Positions 12,088-25,669 of a DNA stretch of 64,000 bases are shown here, piece by piece. Both the position numbers and the translations under genes were made by a program. The stretch covers positions 30,876,001-30,940,000 of the forward strand of contig OX597836.1 of the NCBI GenBank assembly GCA_951406725.2. Direction: 5' to 3'. Each line of letters starts with the position of its first letter. The first letter of the stretch is position 1. The DNA is from Octopus vulgaris. Taxonomy: Eukaryota. The notes under the pieces were generated by a model. That model searched no databases. It had not been told where the DNA came from and saw only the letters and a list, made by a program, of their open reading frames with translations.

Positions 12088-13332
12088 TATGTAGAAAACA
12101 GTTTGTTTCCCAAACAAATGATTCTGGGTTCAGTCCCACTGAGTGGCGTCTTGAGCAAATGTCTTCTACTATAACCTTGGGCTGACCAAAGTTTTGTGAG
12201 TGGATTTGGTAGACAGAAGCTGATAGAAGCCTGTTGTATACATGTGTGTGTGTGTGTGTGTATCTTTGTATCTGTGTTTGTGCTCAACCACCATTTGGCA
12301 GCCATTGTATATCATTATTCAGTTTTATTTCAAGATTTCTTGCCAATAGAGAAAGAATTGGTTTCTAACTTAGATCCAAGATTCTTTCATTGGAACTTCA
12401 ACAACATCAATGGGACATTTTTGCAAGTATTCATGTATGTGCAGTATTTGGAGTCATTGCATCTGTAGATCTGTATGCTTTCTTTTATGTATGTATTCTC
12501 ATGCATACAGTTGCATGTCTAGACACAAGCATATATACTTAAATGGTAAACTTTTGAAAAGTTTTACAAATGTGTAGTGTGATGGACAACAGAAGGAGAA
12601 GCAACGGGGGAAAGAAATACAAAAGGCCTTACCTCGGCGAGGATCAGAGGTCTCTTACGAATTGGACACGTCCTGTCGCTTCCTCGTCTATGCTCGAACT
12701 GTCCCTTCATCGATGACCACACGTGCGTCCTGCTTCCTGCGATGCATGCACCCTGCAGTCTTCCGCCAGCCCCTGCAAGCCCTACTTCCGCCCGTCTCAT
12801 CTGTCATCCTCTCCACCAGCACCACATAGCTCATCACATCCCACAACACCGACTGTCAACACCACAAAATGTATGTATGCTTGTACGTATGTTTGTCAGT
12901 CTCTCTTTAGGAGAAGGTCATTGTGATGTATTACCAGAGATGCAGGGAATGGCATTGAATGTTTTGGAGATCTTTTACTTGTGCTTGATATCAAGGTGCT
13001 CCCACATTCCTGAAACTGTGATACATATTGGTACTGGATATCTTGCCATGGGTTGTCTCTGGATCATGTCCGTAGTGCAGAGAAGTTTTTTTTTTGAGGT
13101 GCTGTGCAAGTCCTATTGGACCTAAGATTTTAGGTTGTACAATCACTAGTGAAGCAACTATCAGCTGCCCAGTTGATTAGGAGGGTGTTGTGGTCAGCAT
13201 GGAAGCCATGGATGTGAACCCAAGTGAAGCCAACTGCTGTTGCAACAACCTCACACATGGGTAATGGTCAGTAATGGTCTTCCTTGGACGCAAAAGGGCA
13301 GCCATCATCACCATCATCAACATCATCATCAT

Positions 13333-13712
13333 GTGGCACTCTGTTGGTTATGACGACGAGGGTCCTAGTTGATCTGATCAGCAGAGCAGCCTGCTTGTAA
13401 AATTAACATGCAAGTGGCTGAGCACTCCGCAGACATGTGTACTTTTAACGTGGTTCTTGGGGAGATTCAGCGTGACACAAAGTGTGACAAGGCTGGCCCT
13501 TTGAAATTAGGTACAGCAGAAACAGGAAGAAAGAGTGAGAGAAAGTTGTGGTGAAAGAGTACAGCAGGGTTTGCCACCACCCCCTGCAGGAGCCTTGTGG
13601 AGCTTTAGATGTTTTCGCTCAATAAACATTCACAACACCCGGTCTGGGAATCGAAACCGTGATCGTATGACTGCGAGTCTGCTACTCTAACCACTGGGCC
13701 ATTGCGCCTCCA
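13333..13712 (-). mobile_element. SINE family A, diverged
   Basis: Colinear with 1022-1405 and shows CpG decay. Confidence 0.8.
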
Positions 13713-14151
13713 CCATCATCATGTATATATGTAAGCGTGTGCATGTGTATTGTTTATGTTGCCTTGCATTGAAAGGTATAAACAATTGATTAAAAGACGC
13801 CTTTATGACGTTGCCCCAGCATGGCCACATCTGAATGACTGACACCAGTAAAAGAATACAAATAAGAGAGTGAGCAGGGGGAGGAGAAAATGAAGTTTGG
13901 TGAATAACCTGTGAATAGACTGATTGAAATGCTGTGTAGACAGACACATAAAAGCTAAGTTTATGTCCAATCGTCTGAAGGGGAAAAAAACAGAAAATCT
14001 CTTCTCTAGTTTAGGCTTTTGTTCAACTGTTTGAATACAAACTATAATCTTGGTATACATCTTTTTGTCACACAGATAATCTGTATGCAGTCAGTGTTTA
14101 TTGATGTAAACTTTTATATCTAAGTATTTAGAGCTGTAATTCTCTCTATGA

Positions 14152-14532
14152 AAGCGCGTGGCTCAGTGGTTAAAGCGTCGGCCTCACAATCCCGAGGTTG
14201 TGAATTTGATTCCTGGACCAGGCTGTGTGTTGTGTTCTTGAGCAAGACACTTTATTTCACATTGTTCCAGTTCACTCAGCTGTAGAAATGAGTTGTGATT
14301 AAGGCGGCGAGCTGGCAGAAATGTTTGCATGCCGGGCGAAATGCTTAGCAGTGTTTCATCTGCCGTTACATTCTGAGTTCAAATTCCGCCGAGGTCGACT
14401 TTGCCTTTCATCCTTTCAGGGTCGATAAATTAAGTACCAGTTACACACTGGGGTCGATATAATCGACTTAACCCGTTTGTCTGTCCTTGTTTGTCCCCTC
14501 TGTGTTTAGCCCCTTGTGGGTAGTAAAGAAAT
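14152..14532 (+). mobile_element. SINE-D-type head followed by SINE family B
   Basis: D-type head at 14152-14298 (gtgttcttgagcaagacac) and a B copy at 14302-14532. Confidence 0.75.
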
Positions 14533-15119
14533 AGGATATTGTACTAATGATTGCAAGATTGCGGTTTCGATTCTCAGACCCAGCAGTGCATTGTGTTCTT
14601 GGGGAAAACCATTCTCATTTCCTGTTGCACTGTGGTAATTTTGACATCTGATGTATGAAACACTGTGCACCTGTTTTGGCAACTTTAATTTGATAGTGAG
14701 AATGAACTAATGTGCAGCACAGACAATTGATCACTTTAAACAAATTATCTGTGCAAGTAATTACAGAGCAGTCATATTGTTTATGACAGGAAAGAACTGT
14801 GATGTATATGATAACTTCAGATGGAGCAAAAATTAGAATTTCCAATTTACTGTAGAATGGGTGTATGCATGCGTGTGTGTGTGAGTGTGTGTGTGTGTGT
14901 GTGTGCGTGCGTGTGTGTGTGTATGTGCATGCGTGTATGTGCACACAAGTGTGTGTATGCGTGTGCATGTGTGTGTGTGCATGCGCACGTGTGGTGTGTG
15001 TGTGTGGTATGTATGCATGAGTGTGTATGCATATGTATATATATTTATGGATGTGCGTGTGTGTATGGATGCTTGATAACTGGTTTTGGTTTGTTTATAT
15101 CCCTATAATAGAGGGAAGG

Positions 15120-15410
15120 GGAGGCGCAAGGGCCCAGTGGTTAGGGCCGCGAACTCGCAGTTTCAATTCCCAGACTGGGCGTTGGGTGTGTTTATTGAGC
15201 GAAAACACCTAAAAGTTCCATGAGGCTCTGGCAGGGGGTGGTGGCGACCCCTGTTGTACTCTTTCACCACAACTTTCTCTCACTCTCTCTTCCTGTTTCT
15301 TGAGTAACTCTGTGATGGACTGGCATCCCATCCAGCTGGGGGGAACACATATGCCACAGAAACTGGGAAACCGGGCCCATGAGCCTGGCTTGGCTTGAAA
15401 AGGGCAACGT
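15120..15410 (+). mobile_element. chimeric SINE: family-A head plus family-D tail
   Basis: A head runs to ~15300, then gatggactggcatcccatccagctggg...gagcctggct as in 23149-23395. Confidence 0.75.
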
Positions 15411-15487
15411 TTATCGTAATAGAAGGAGGGGCAGTATCCTCCACTTTATATTTTATTCAGATCTTTCAAAACTGGTGTGTGTGTATT

Positions 15488-15548
15488 GGTATGGGATGAC
15501 CTGTATGGGATGACCTGTATGGGATGACCTGTATGGGATGACCTGTAT
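15488..15548. repeat. 14-bp tandem repeat (gtatgggatgacct) x4
   Basis: Perfect direct repeats. Confidence 0.9.
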
Positions 15549-16179
15549 ACAGAAATCCCTACCCTTTTGGTATTTAGTATGAGTTACATCTTATATTAAT
15601 GCGTATCTAGACATTCACTAAACGCATATAATAAGAAGAGGGTGATAAAATACCGGTTTTCATATAATAGATTAAAAGGCTAAAACCCTTGAAAATCGAT
15701 GCTCCTGCATGGCCACAATCTGAAGCGTGAGGCCATTAAATGAGTAAAAGAATGTTCTTTATTATTGTTGTTTAACTTTTGAGGAAGTGTGAAAGAATAA
15801 AAGAATGTATGTTCTTTTATTGCTATTATTTAATAACGGTAAATTATTTGTAGGCGTCTGTTATATTATAATTACGTCATTTGTTTAACTTTTTTGTATG
15901 TATTTATTGGTATTTACTTCCTATTTTCCAGGAAAATGCTATTTATCCTGTTTTCTTTAATATTTTATTTGTTTTCACTATAATCATTAGTTTCATTTTG
16001 CGTTTCACTGTTTTTGTCTGTTTTGTATTACAACCAACTTAGCAAAACTCTTATTTTAAAACCTTTCACTGTGGAAATCAGATACACTCACTTAAAATTT
16101 CATTATCCTTAACTGCGGAAAGCAGTTTTACCTACCGCTGTATCATTTGTCGAGGAAAGTCATGCCTACTTTTTTTTTT

Positions 16180-16333
16180 TACTCTTTTACTTGTTTCAGT
16201 CATTTGACTGTGGCCATGCTGGAGCACCGCCTTTAGGTTACGGGGATGTAAACACACCAGCATCAGTTGTCAAGCGATGTTGGGGGGACAAATACAGACA
16301 CACAAACATTTACACAAACACACACACACACAT

Positions 16334-16388
<55 letters not shown>

Positions 16389-16562
16389 CATATACACAAC
16401 AGGCTTCTTTCTGTTTCCGTCTACCAAATCCACTCATAAGGCTTTGGTAAGCCTGAGCCTATAGTAAAAGACACTTGCCCAAGATGCCACGCAGTGGGAC
16501 TGAACCTAGAACCATGTGGTTTGTAAGCAAGCTACTTACCACACAGCCACTCCTACGCCTAT
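16180..16562 (-). mobile_element. SINE family C with internal deletion
   Basis: Tail and head match 11680-12087. Confidence 0.8.
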
Positions 16563-16578
16563 TCTGTTGAGGAATATC

Positions 16579-17790
16579 ATAATAATAATAATAATTGTGT
16601 ACAGTGCTCAGGTGCACTACAACTCATCTAAAGTGTATATATAATCAGGTGTAGTTTCGACGGATTTCGGGAAGCATGAGGGCCTTAAAGGATGCAGTGT
16701 CATGGCAGTCAACAACTGATGCAGGCAGTTTATTCCACGCTTCAGCAACCCTGAGCGTGAAAAAATGTTTCCGAAAGTCATGGGAGCTGTGCTGTTTTCT
16801 GACTTTGTAGGCATATCCACGTGTGTTAGACACATGGAGATCAAGAAGGTGTTCAGTGTTGTTGTTGGTGAGGTGGTTGATAACCTTGTGGGTGTTTACC
16901 AAGTCCGTCGCTAGACGCCGGAGCTTCAGTGAATCCATGCCCAGGGAAACAAGGCGCTCAGAATATGGTAGGTGTCTGATGGAGGGTATACGTTTGGTTG
17001 CACGTCTCTGGACAGATTCCAGGAGGTCAATGTTCTGAGCAAGATAGGGATTCGAAACTGATGATGCGAATTCCAAGTGTGGTCGTACCATAGCTGTATA
17101 CAGTTTTAAATAGATGGCTGGAGAGCGGCTAACAAAAGTCTTGCTGAGTGATGCCAAGACACCCTCGGCCTTCTTGACAATTTTAGAGATATGCTTTGTC
17201 CAACGCAAATCACTGCTGACAGTGATGCCTAGGTCACGCTCGCAAGAGGATTTCTTGATATCAGTGTTGTGGAGGGAGTATGTGGACGCAGGGTTTTTTC
17301 TCCCAAAATGCATGGTGGTACACTTGTCCACAGCCAGTTTCAGTTGCCAGTCTGTGATCCATTGCTGCATTGTGTCTAGGTCTGATTGCAGGAAAGAGTT
17401 GTAGACATCAGGATCAGTCCTCTTGATTTCAAGGTACAGCTTGATGTCGTCTGCATATTTCAATATTGTGGCATTCTTTAAATTGGCATCTATGTCATTA
17501 ATGTATGCCACAAACAGGAGGGGACCAAGGACAGATCCCTGTGGTACACCCGATGACATCTCATATGGTCATATGGTGTAGAGTGCTGTCCTAGAACTGT
17601 GACTACCTCCTTTCGGCTGAGGATGAAGGATTTCAACCAGTTAAAAAGGTCATCACCCACACCCATTGCAGAGAGTTTCACCATAAGCCTTTTGTGTGGC
17701 ACAGAGTTGAAAGCCTTAGCAAAGTCAAGGTAGACAACATCCACCCATGAGCCACTGTCAGTGATCTGAGTAATGTCCTCAAGGAACTCA
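16579..17790 (-). mobile_element. 5'-truncated CR1-clade LINE (reverse transcriptase fragment)
   Basis: Motifs DVVYLDFAKAF, GVPQGSVLGPLLF, YADD, RPHLEF, FFTLRVAEAWNKLP. 3' stem-loop gtgc-acctga-gcac and (ATT)n tail. Confidence 0.93.
16645..17790 (-). pseudogene. LINE ORF2 RT and C-terminus, frameshifted
   Basis: ORFs 17490-17744 and 16645-17559 join if the 8-bp duplication tcatatgg (17561-17576) is removed. Confidence 0.88.
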
Positions 17791-18014
17791 TGTTAGAAAC
17801 TATTTGCTGTTGAGATATGTCAAGTTTATTGAGGCAACACAACTTGCAGAAAATGCCAATTGTATGTTTTGGTAGATATATAATATCATTGTGTGCCAAT
17901 GATTCCACCAGCTTGCTGCCTTGTACACAACTAAATAATGCAAGACAAAAGTCTGACATCCGAGTATTTTTTTTTTCTAATCCAGCATTTCATCTTTTAG
18001 TTTGATGTTCCACT

Positions 18015-18253
18015 ATTTCTTATTTCTTTACTACCCACAAGGGGCTACACACAGAGGGGGGAAAAACAAGGACAGACAAACGGATTAGGTTGATTACATC
18101 AACCCCAGTGCATAACTGGTACTTATTTAATCAACTCTGAAAGGATGAAAGGCAAAGTTGACCTCAACGGAATTTGAACTCAGGACCTAGCTGCAGACAA
18201 AATACTACTAAGCATTTCACCCAGCGTGCTAATGTTTCTGCCAGCTCGCCGCC
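18015..18253 (-). mobile_element. SINE family B
   Basis: Reverse complement of 3425-3654. The empty site is seen in the paralogous flank at ~18875. Confidence 0.85.
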
Positions 18254-18379
18254 TTTCTGCTTACTCCACTGCCTAAAAGGATGAAAGATAAAGTTGACCT
18301 TAAGGGAATTTAAATGGATGAAATGCTACTATGCATTTTGCCCAGCACGCTAACAATTCTACCAGTTCACCACCTTGTG

Positions 18380-18767
18380 GGAAGCACTCCGTCGGTTACG
18401 ACGACGACGAGGGTTCCGGTTGATCCGAATCAACAGAACAGCCTGCTCGTGAAATTAACATGTAAGTGGCTGAGCACTCCACAGACACGTGTACCCTTAA
18501 CGTAGTTCTCGGGGATATTCAGCGTGACACAGAGAGTGACAAGGCCGGCCCTTTGAAATACAGGTACAGCAGAAACAGGAAGTAAGAGTGAGAGAAAGTT
18601 GTGGTGAAAGAGTACAGCAGGGATCACCACCATCCCCTGCCGGAGCCTCGTGGAGCTTTTAGGTGTTTTCGCTCAATAAACACTCACAACGCCCGGTCTG
18701 GGAATCGAAACCGCGATCCTATGACCGCGAGTCCGCTGCCCTAACCACTGGGCCATTGCGCCTCCAC
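18380..18767 (-). mobile_element. SINE family A, full length, young
   Basis: TSD tcaccaccttg. CpGs are retained. Confidence 0.88.
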
Positions 18768-19295
18768 ATCACCACCTTGCACACAACTAAATAATGCAAG
18801 GCATTTGTGTCTGACATTCAAACAAGTTTTTTTTTTCCTAATCCAGCATTCCATCTTTTAGTCTGGTGTTCCAATGTTTCTGCTTTCTCCACTGCCTGTC
18901 TTAAATATTGATCTACTTGCAGTTGGGTAAATAGCTTCTATTTCTCAGCATCAATTAGTTATTTTGAAAGATATCATTAACAAATCTATCCTGATTCATT
19001 GAACTGACCTTAAATCTGTTTCACATGTCTGCTTCCATACTGGGATTTCTTTTTTAGAAGAATTAATTTTCATCCATATTTGAGGTTGTATTGATTTCTA
19101 AAATACACAAGGCAAGCAGCAGGAAGGATTTAGTCTCGTTTTGTTCTCTACAATAATTCTATTCATGTCTATAATGCCTGGGAGGAATATTAATAGACTT
19201 GACTAGTGCTTTATTTTATAAACCTTGGATGGATGCAAGGCAAATATGACCTCGATTTGTTTGAACTCAGAACATAAAGCATCATAACTAATTAC

Positions 19296-19527
19296 CTATT
19301 TCTTTACTACCCACAAGGAGCTACACACAGAGGGGACAAACAAGGACAGACAAACGGATTAAGTCATTTACATCGACCCCAGTGCGTAACTGGTACTTTA
19401 TTTATCGACCCCGAAAGGATGAATGGCAAAGTCGATCTTAGCGGAATTTGAACTCAGAACGTAACGGCAGACGAAATACGGCTACGCATTTCGCCCGGCG
19501 TGCTAACATTTCTGCCAGCTTGTCGCT
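19296..19527 (-). mobile_element. SINE family B
   Basis: Matches the family-B consensus. Confidence 0.85.
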
Positions 19528-19580
19528 AAATCACAGCATCATAACTAAATACCACAAGGTGTTTCTCTGTCACTCTGAAC

Positions 19581-20435
19581 CAGGGGAATCCCCAACCATT
19601 TTCTGCCAATGGACCCTTCTGATTCCTGTTTTAATCTACTGGACCTTAATAGCCATTCAATGCTTAAAAATTCCTATTATGTTTATATTATATTCATATA
19701 ATTAAATATTATTAAGAACTGTATAAAACAATTATTAAAATATTTCGTGTATTTATTTTTCATCTTTTACTTGTTTCACTAATTAGACTACGGCCATGCT
19801 GGGGCATCACCTTGAAGAATTTTAGTCAAACAAATCGACCCCTAGTACATTCTTTTGTTCTTTCTCTGGTTTCAACCAGTTGACTGTGGCCATGCTGGAG
19901 CACTGCCTTGAAGGGTTTTAGTTAAACAAATTGACCCCAGGACTAATTTGTTAAAGCCAAGTACTTATTCTATCAACCTCTTTTGATGAACCACTAAGTA
20001 ATGGGGACGTAAACACATCAGCCCCTGTTGTCAAGCGGTGATGGGGGAGACAAAGACAGACACAAAGACACACACACACACACAGATATATACACTCACA
20101 CACATATATATATATATGTGTATATATATATATATATGATGGGCTTCTTTCAGTTGCTGTCTACCAAATCTACTCACAAGGCTTTGGTTGGCCTGAGGCT
20201 ATTGTAGAAGACACTTGTCCAAGGTTCCACAAGCAAGCTTTACCACATAGCCAAATTTTTAAAGCCTGGTACTTGTTCTATTTGCCTCTTTTGCTGAACT
20301 GTTAAGTTACAGGAACATAAACACAGCAGTGTTGTAGAAGGATAACCAGTTTTATTGCACATAAATTTTAACAACAAAATCTTTTATGGACCCCCTCCCC
20401 CCATGGGTTATATGGACCCTGGTTAAGAAGCACTG
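19581..20435. mobile_element. hAT-like non-autonomous element with nested SINE-C copies
   Basis: cagggg...cactg termini with imperfect 8-bp TSD ctctgaac/ctctaaag. SINE-C pieces at 19760-20330. Confidence 0.55.
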
Positions 20436-20576
20436 CTCTAAAGAGTCTGCCATATTAATACCAATATTTGACAAGTACTTATTTCACCTACTTACAGATA
20501 GATGAAAGGTAAACCTGACCTTGATGGGGTTTGAACTCAGAGAGCAAAAGGTCCTCACAAAATACCAAAAGGTATA

Positions 20577-20992
20577 AGGCGCCAAGCTGGCAGAAACGTT
20601 AGCACGCCGGGCGAAATGCTTAGCGGTATTTCATCTGCCGTTACGTTCTGAGTTCAAATTCTGCTGAGGTTGACTTTGCCTTTCATCCTTTCGGGGTCGA
20701 TAAATTAAGTACCAGTTACACACTGGGGTTGATGTAATCAACTTAATCCGTTTGTCTGTCCTTGTTTGTCCTCTCTGTGTTTTACCCCTTGTGGGTAGTG
20801 AAGAAATAGGTATTTCATCTGCCGTTACATTCTGAGTTCAAATTCTGCCAAGGTCGACTTTGCCTTTCATCCTTTTGGGATCGATAAATTAAGTACCAGT
20901 TACACATTGGGGTCGATGTAATCGACTTAATCCGTTTGTCTATCCTTGTTTGTCCTCTCTGTGTTTAGCCACCTGTGGACAATAAAGAAATA
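20577..20992 (+). mobile_element. SINE family B tandem dimer
   Basis: Full copy followed by a 5'-truncated copy. aggtat occurs at both flanks and at the junction. Confidence 0.8.
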
Positions 20993-21371
20993 GGTATTTG
21001 GCTTGTCCACTACCCTTAACAATTCTGCCAAATAAGTCACCCATATTTTTAGCAGAGTTTTAAAAAAAATTATTAAATAGTTTTATTTTATTTTATTTTA
21101 TTTTTTTCCCCTATTCTCTCAGTTTTATTGAACAGAAGAATATCCACAGTATGTGTATGTATGCTTTTATTCAAAATGCCAACTGCTGAACACTCTGTGT
21201 ACTATTGAAACTATTGTATGATTCTGTAGAAATAGAAATCAATTTAGCAATAATTCTGAATGAAAATGTCGAATACTAATATCTGCTTTTATAATATTAT
21301 TTAAGGAACTAGCAGGAACACTGTCCTGCAGTTATCATATTGTTTTCATTCTCTTTTTCTTTCTTATACTT

Positions 21372-21454
<83 letters not shown>

Positions 21455-21663
21455 CATTTTGTGAACAATAGCATTGCTGATTGGAGGTTTTCAGTGGGTC
21501 ACTTAACTGGTTCATTGCTTCTCTGAATATAAAACCGAGCAGAAAATGTCTGTGTAACTGAGGTGGACGCACCGCAAGGAATTTTTATTTGGAAGCACCA
21601 GTTTATTGCTTTTTTTTTTTTTTTTCTGCTGAGGTCTACACCTTTTGGCTATTACACATTACT

Positions 21664-21700
<37 letters not shown>

Positions 21701-22519
21701 ACACACACAGACACAGAGACACACACACACACACACACACACAGACACACACACACACAGAGGCTTTCTCAGTCTTCATCTACCACATTCTTCTCACAAA
21801 GCATCAGCCAAAACCACGGCTAAAGTAAAAGTCATTCACCTAAATCTATTACACAACAGAATAGAACCAAATGATAACAAAATGAACTTGATAATAATCT
21901 GGTTTGGTTTTGCCTCTGTCAGATGTGATAGAACAATCATTTATATAAATGGTCTTGTAGCCTGAGTAAATTCGTTTTCAGTTTTATCTTCTTCAATTTT
22001 AATTATACTGACAAATTTGAACTGAAACTACTTCTGACTTTCAATAAGAAACAAACTGTCAAATGCAGAAGAACAATCATTAAATCTACAATTTCTTTAT
22101 CTTCTCTCGAAAATTTGATTATTGTTTTATTTGGATATGTACCCACTTGTTATTTGGCTGTCACAAAATTCTGAAAAATTCATCATTTATTTACCCTCCT
22201 CCTTGTCGTCATCGTCGTCGTCAAATCATTTTAATGTCTGTTTTTCTATGCCTGCATGGGTCAGACCGAATTTTTCTATGCTCATGTGGGTTGGAATGGA
22301 ATTTGTTGAGGTGGATTTTTCTACTGCTTGATGCCCTTCCTGTGATCAGCCCTCATCTGTTTCCAAGCAAGGTAATATTTCTCCTTGACCAGACATGTTT
22401 TTCACAGAAGACTGGAAATAAAGGACACTGCTTGTATGACAGTGACACTCATTTACAACTATTATGCTATATCAAGGGCAAGGAAACACTGAAACACACA
22501 CACATCCATGCACACACAT

Positions 22520-22942
22520 GCATCATCATCATCCTGGTCAGGTGTCGCACTATGCGATGCTGTGGTCATCACGATGTCTTGCCACCTTCTCCTGTCCTCT
22601 ACTCCCTGGACAGCTGAGAATAAAGACAATCCTGTGGCTGCGTTGTCTTTCAGCCAAGAAGAGGGTGGTCTGCCTCTTTTACATCTGCCGTTCACCTTGC
22701 TAGTTATGATCGTTTGCTCAAGTCCATCCCGGTGCATGACGTGGCCAAAGAACCGTAGCTTCCGCTTCATGATGTTTCGCCGAAGCGTCATCTCGCAACC
22801 GAGCTTTTCTAGTACCCAGTTGTTCATCCTTCTCTCCGTCCATGACACTCTAAGGATTCTGCGGTAACACCACATTTCAAAAGCGCTCACTCTTTTCTTG
22901 TCTGCCTTCAATATTGTCCACGACTAGCAGCTGTACGTTGCA
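22520..22942 (-). mobile_element. RTE-clade LINE 3' fragment
   Basis: SWT...AFEMWCYRRILRVSWTER...LRFFGHV...GRCKRGRP..W with a (GAT)n tail. Inserted in the microsatellite of a SINE-C (head ~22965-23128, tail ~22225-22500). Confidence 0.9.
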
Positions 22943-23148
22943 CATGCACGCACATATGCACACCTATACTTCTTTCAGTTTCCACCTATCAAATCTACTC
23001 TCAGATTTGGTTGGCCTGAAGACATAGCAGAAGACACTTGCCGAAGGTGTCACACAGTGGGATGGACTGAACCCAGAATCATGTGGTTGGAAAGCAGAAT
23101 TCTTATCATATGGCCATGTTGCACCTATTAAAAATAAAATAAATAAAT

Positions 23149-23395
23149 ACGCCCTTTTAAAACCTAGCCAGGCTCATGGGCCCACTTTCCTGGTTTCAAT
23201 GGCGTATGTGTTCCCCAGCTAGATGGGACACCAGTCCATCACAGCGTTACTCATTTTTGCCAGCTGAGTGGACTGGAGCAAGGTGAAATGAAGTGTTTTG
23301 TTCAAGAACACAACACGTCGCCCGGTCCAGGAACCGTAACCACAATCTTACAGTCATGATGCTGACACCCTAACCAGTAAGCCACGTGCTTCCAC
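23149..23395 (-). mobile_element. SINE family D, full length (V-domain-like body)
   Basis: tRNA-like head, then gtgttcttgaacaaaacac and gatggactggtgtcccatctagctgggg. Confidence 0.75.
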
Positions 23396-23663
23396 TGCTT
23401 GCACCTATTACCAAACCATTATTTGCTGATAATCCTTGTTCTTCTTATGATACTGTTGACCATTCAGAAATCAAATAATACACATAAAATAGTTCTTTAG
23501 GTTAAACATATGTGAAAGAAACACATATATAAAAGCACACATACATACATAGAGACGTATAAATGCATTGAAGCACATGCATACCAGGAGCATGTGTATA
23601 CATATATAGAAACACACACACACATATATATAGAGAATACCAACTATACACATACATATATAG

Positions 23664-23724
<61 letters not shown>

Positions 23725-24434
23725 CATACATATCCTCATCATCATCATCATCATCATCATCATCACCACCATCATTATCATTTAATGTACATCTTCCGTG
23801 CTGGCTTAATTGGGATGGTCTGATAGGATCTGAGGAGCTGGTATGTTCCATTGTGCTCCAGTGTTTGTTTCGGCATGGTTTCTACAGCTGGATGCCTTTC
23901 CTAATGCTAACCACTTTACAGAGTATGATGAGTACTTTTTTTTTGTGGCACGAGCATTAGTGAGGTCCCTATACCTCCTGCAAAGCTAAAGATTGACTGA
24001 TTGGGAGTATAGTATAAAGGGAAGTAGCTTTATGCTAGGTGTTAAGAGGCAAAAGTATGAAAGAAGGAACAGGTTTCTTGCTGTAGAGGAAGTACAAGGC
24101 TACCTTGCATTATACAAGAGTGGGTAGGAGTAGCTTTGACACTCGAAAGAGAGCTAAAAGAAGATGGTGATGAGGTGTCAGAATGAGCCTTCAAGGTACA
24201 ATTTGATGAACAGAAGTGAGAGTGGGGACAGAAGATCAGGAAGGATAGATGGGTAGAAGTTGTGAGAGTGTATAAGAGTGAGAGATGGTTAAAGGTGGGA
24301 GTGGAGGTGAAGTGGTGCATATGATGAACAAGGATGGAGGGGTGGTCACTGGGAGATTTGAGTTGACGGGAAGTTAGGGAGAGGAGGTGATGAGTGTCAG
24401 TACAGAAATGGTGAAGAGCTGCATATGGAAGCAT

Positions 24435-25036
24435 TGAAACACAGAGGAAAACACATACATGGAAACACAAACACACACATACACACATGGAAACATTCAT
24501 TCACATACTTGGACACACATATGTGGAAACACACACAAACATAGCACCACACACACACTCACACACACATGGAAACACTCATTCATATACTTGGAAACAC
24601 ACATATGTGGAAACATACACAAACATAGAACCACACACACACACACGGAAACACTCATTCACATATTTGGAAACACAAATATGTGGAAACATACACAAAC
24701 ATAGAATCACACACACACATACACAGAAACATACACTGGAAATACGCACAAACATAGAACCACACACACACTCATACATACACACACACAGAAACACTCA
24801 TTCACATACTTGGACACACACACTTGGAAACACACACAAACATAGAACCACATACACACACACACACACACACACATGCACACACATACACACACACACT
24901 GGAAATATGCAAAAAATTAGAACCACACACACTCACGCATACATGCTTGCACGGAAACATACACACATGGAAACAATTGCATATCATGGAAGGAAATGCA
25001 CATATGTTGAGACACATATCTGGAAACACAGAAAGG

Positions 25037-25071
<35 letters not shown>

Positions 25072-25085
25072 GTGGAAATACACAC
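24435..25085. repeat. CA-rich degenerate minisatellite with ggaaacac motif
   Basis: Recurring ggaaacac(ac)n and atagaacc(ac)n units. Confidence 0.8.
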
Positions 25086-25669
25086 GGATGTATAAATCCC
25101 ATACAAGGACCAAATAAATAAATAAATAAACAATTTGGAAAATAAATAAGACAGACAAACAAATAAACCTTATATATAACATATTCAAAACACAACAATT
25201 GTGTAGTCTAGACAAGTCCGCATTCAGTTTATAAAAGCAGGCATTCTGGAGGTGTTTTTGTGTTCTGTTTGGTTCTTTATTGGACTGGAATACAAAAACA
25301 CAGTTGTTATTGTCAACCATCTATTTGAATACGACTTCGTTGATATCTCACTTCTTTGTAAATTGTTCCGTTTCATTCCCTTTTATATAATACAAAGCTA
25401 AGCTTGTTTTTCTTTTTCTCCCTTTGGGTTTTTTTGTTGTTTTTTTTGTTTTTTTTTTGTTTTTCAATTTTTTAATTTTTGATCCAATTTTTCTAAGAGA
25501 AGAGGAAGTAAAACAAGATAAGTTTGCCATGTTGGTTTTTTTTCTTTTTTTTCTTTTTTTTTTTATAATTTATCGTCTTGCTATCTTCTCCATGCAGACA
25601 GTTGATTGCCTGCTTTCATTTCGAGCTGTCTTGTTTTATGTGTAATTTCAAAGACCTCATTGCCATTGC

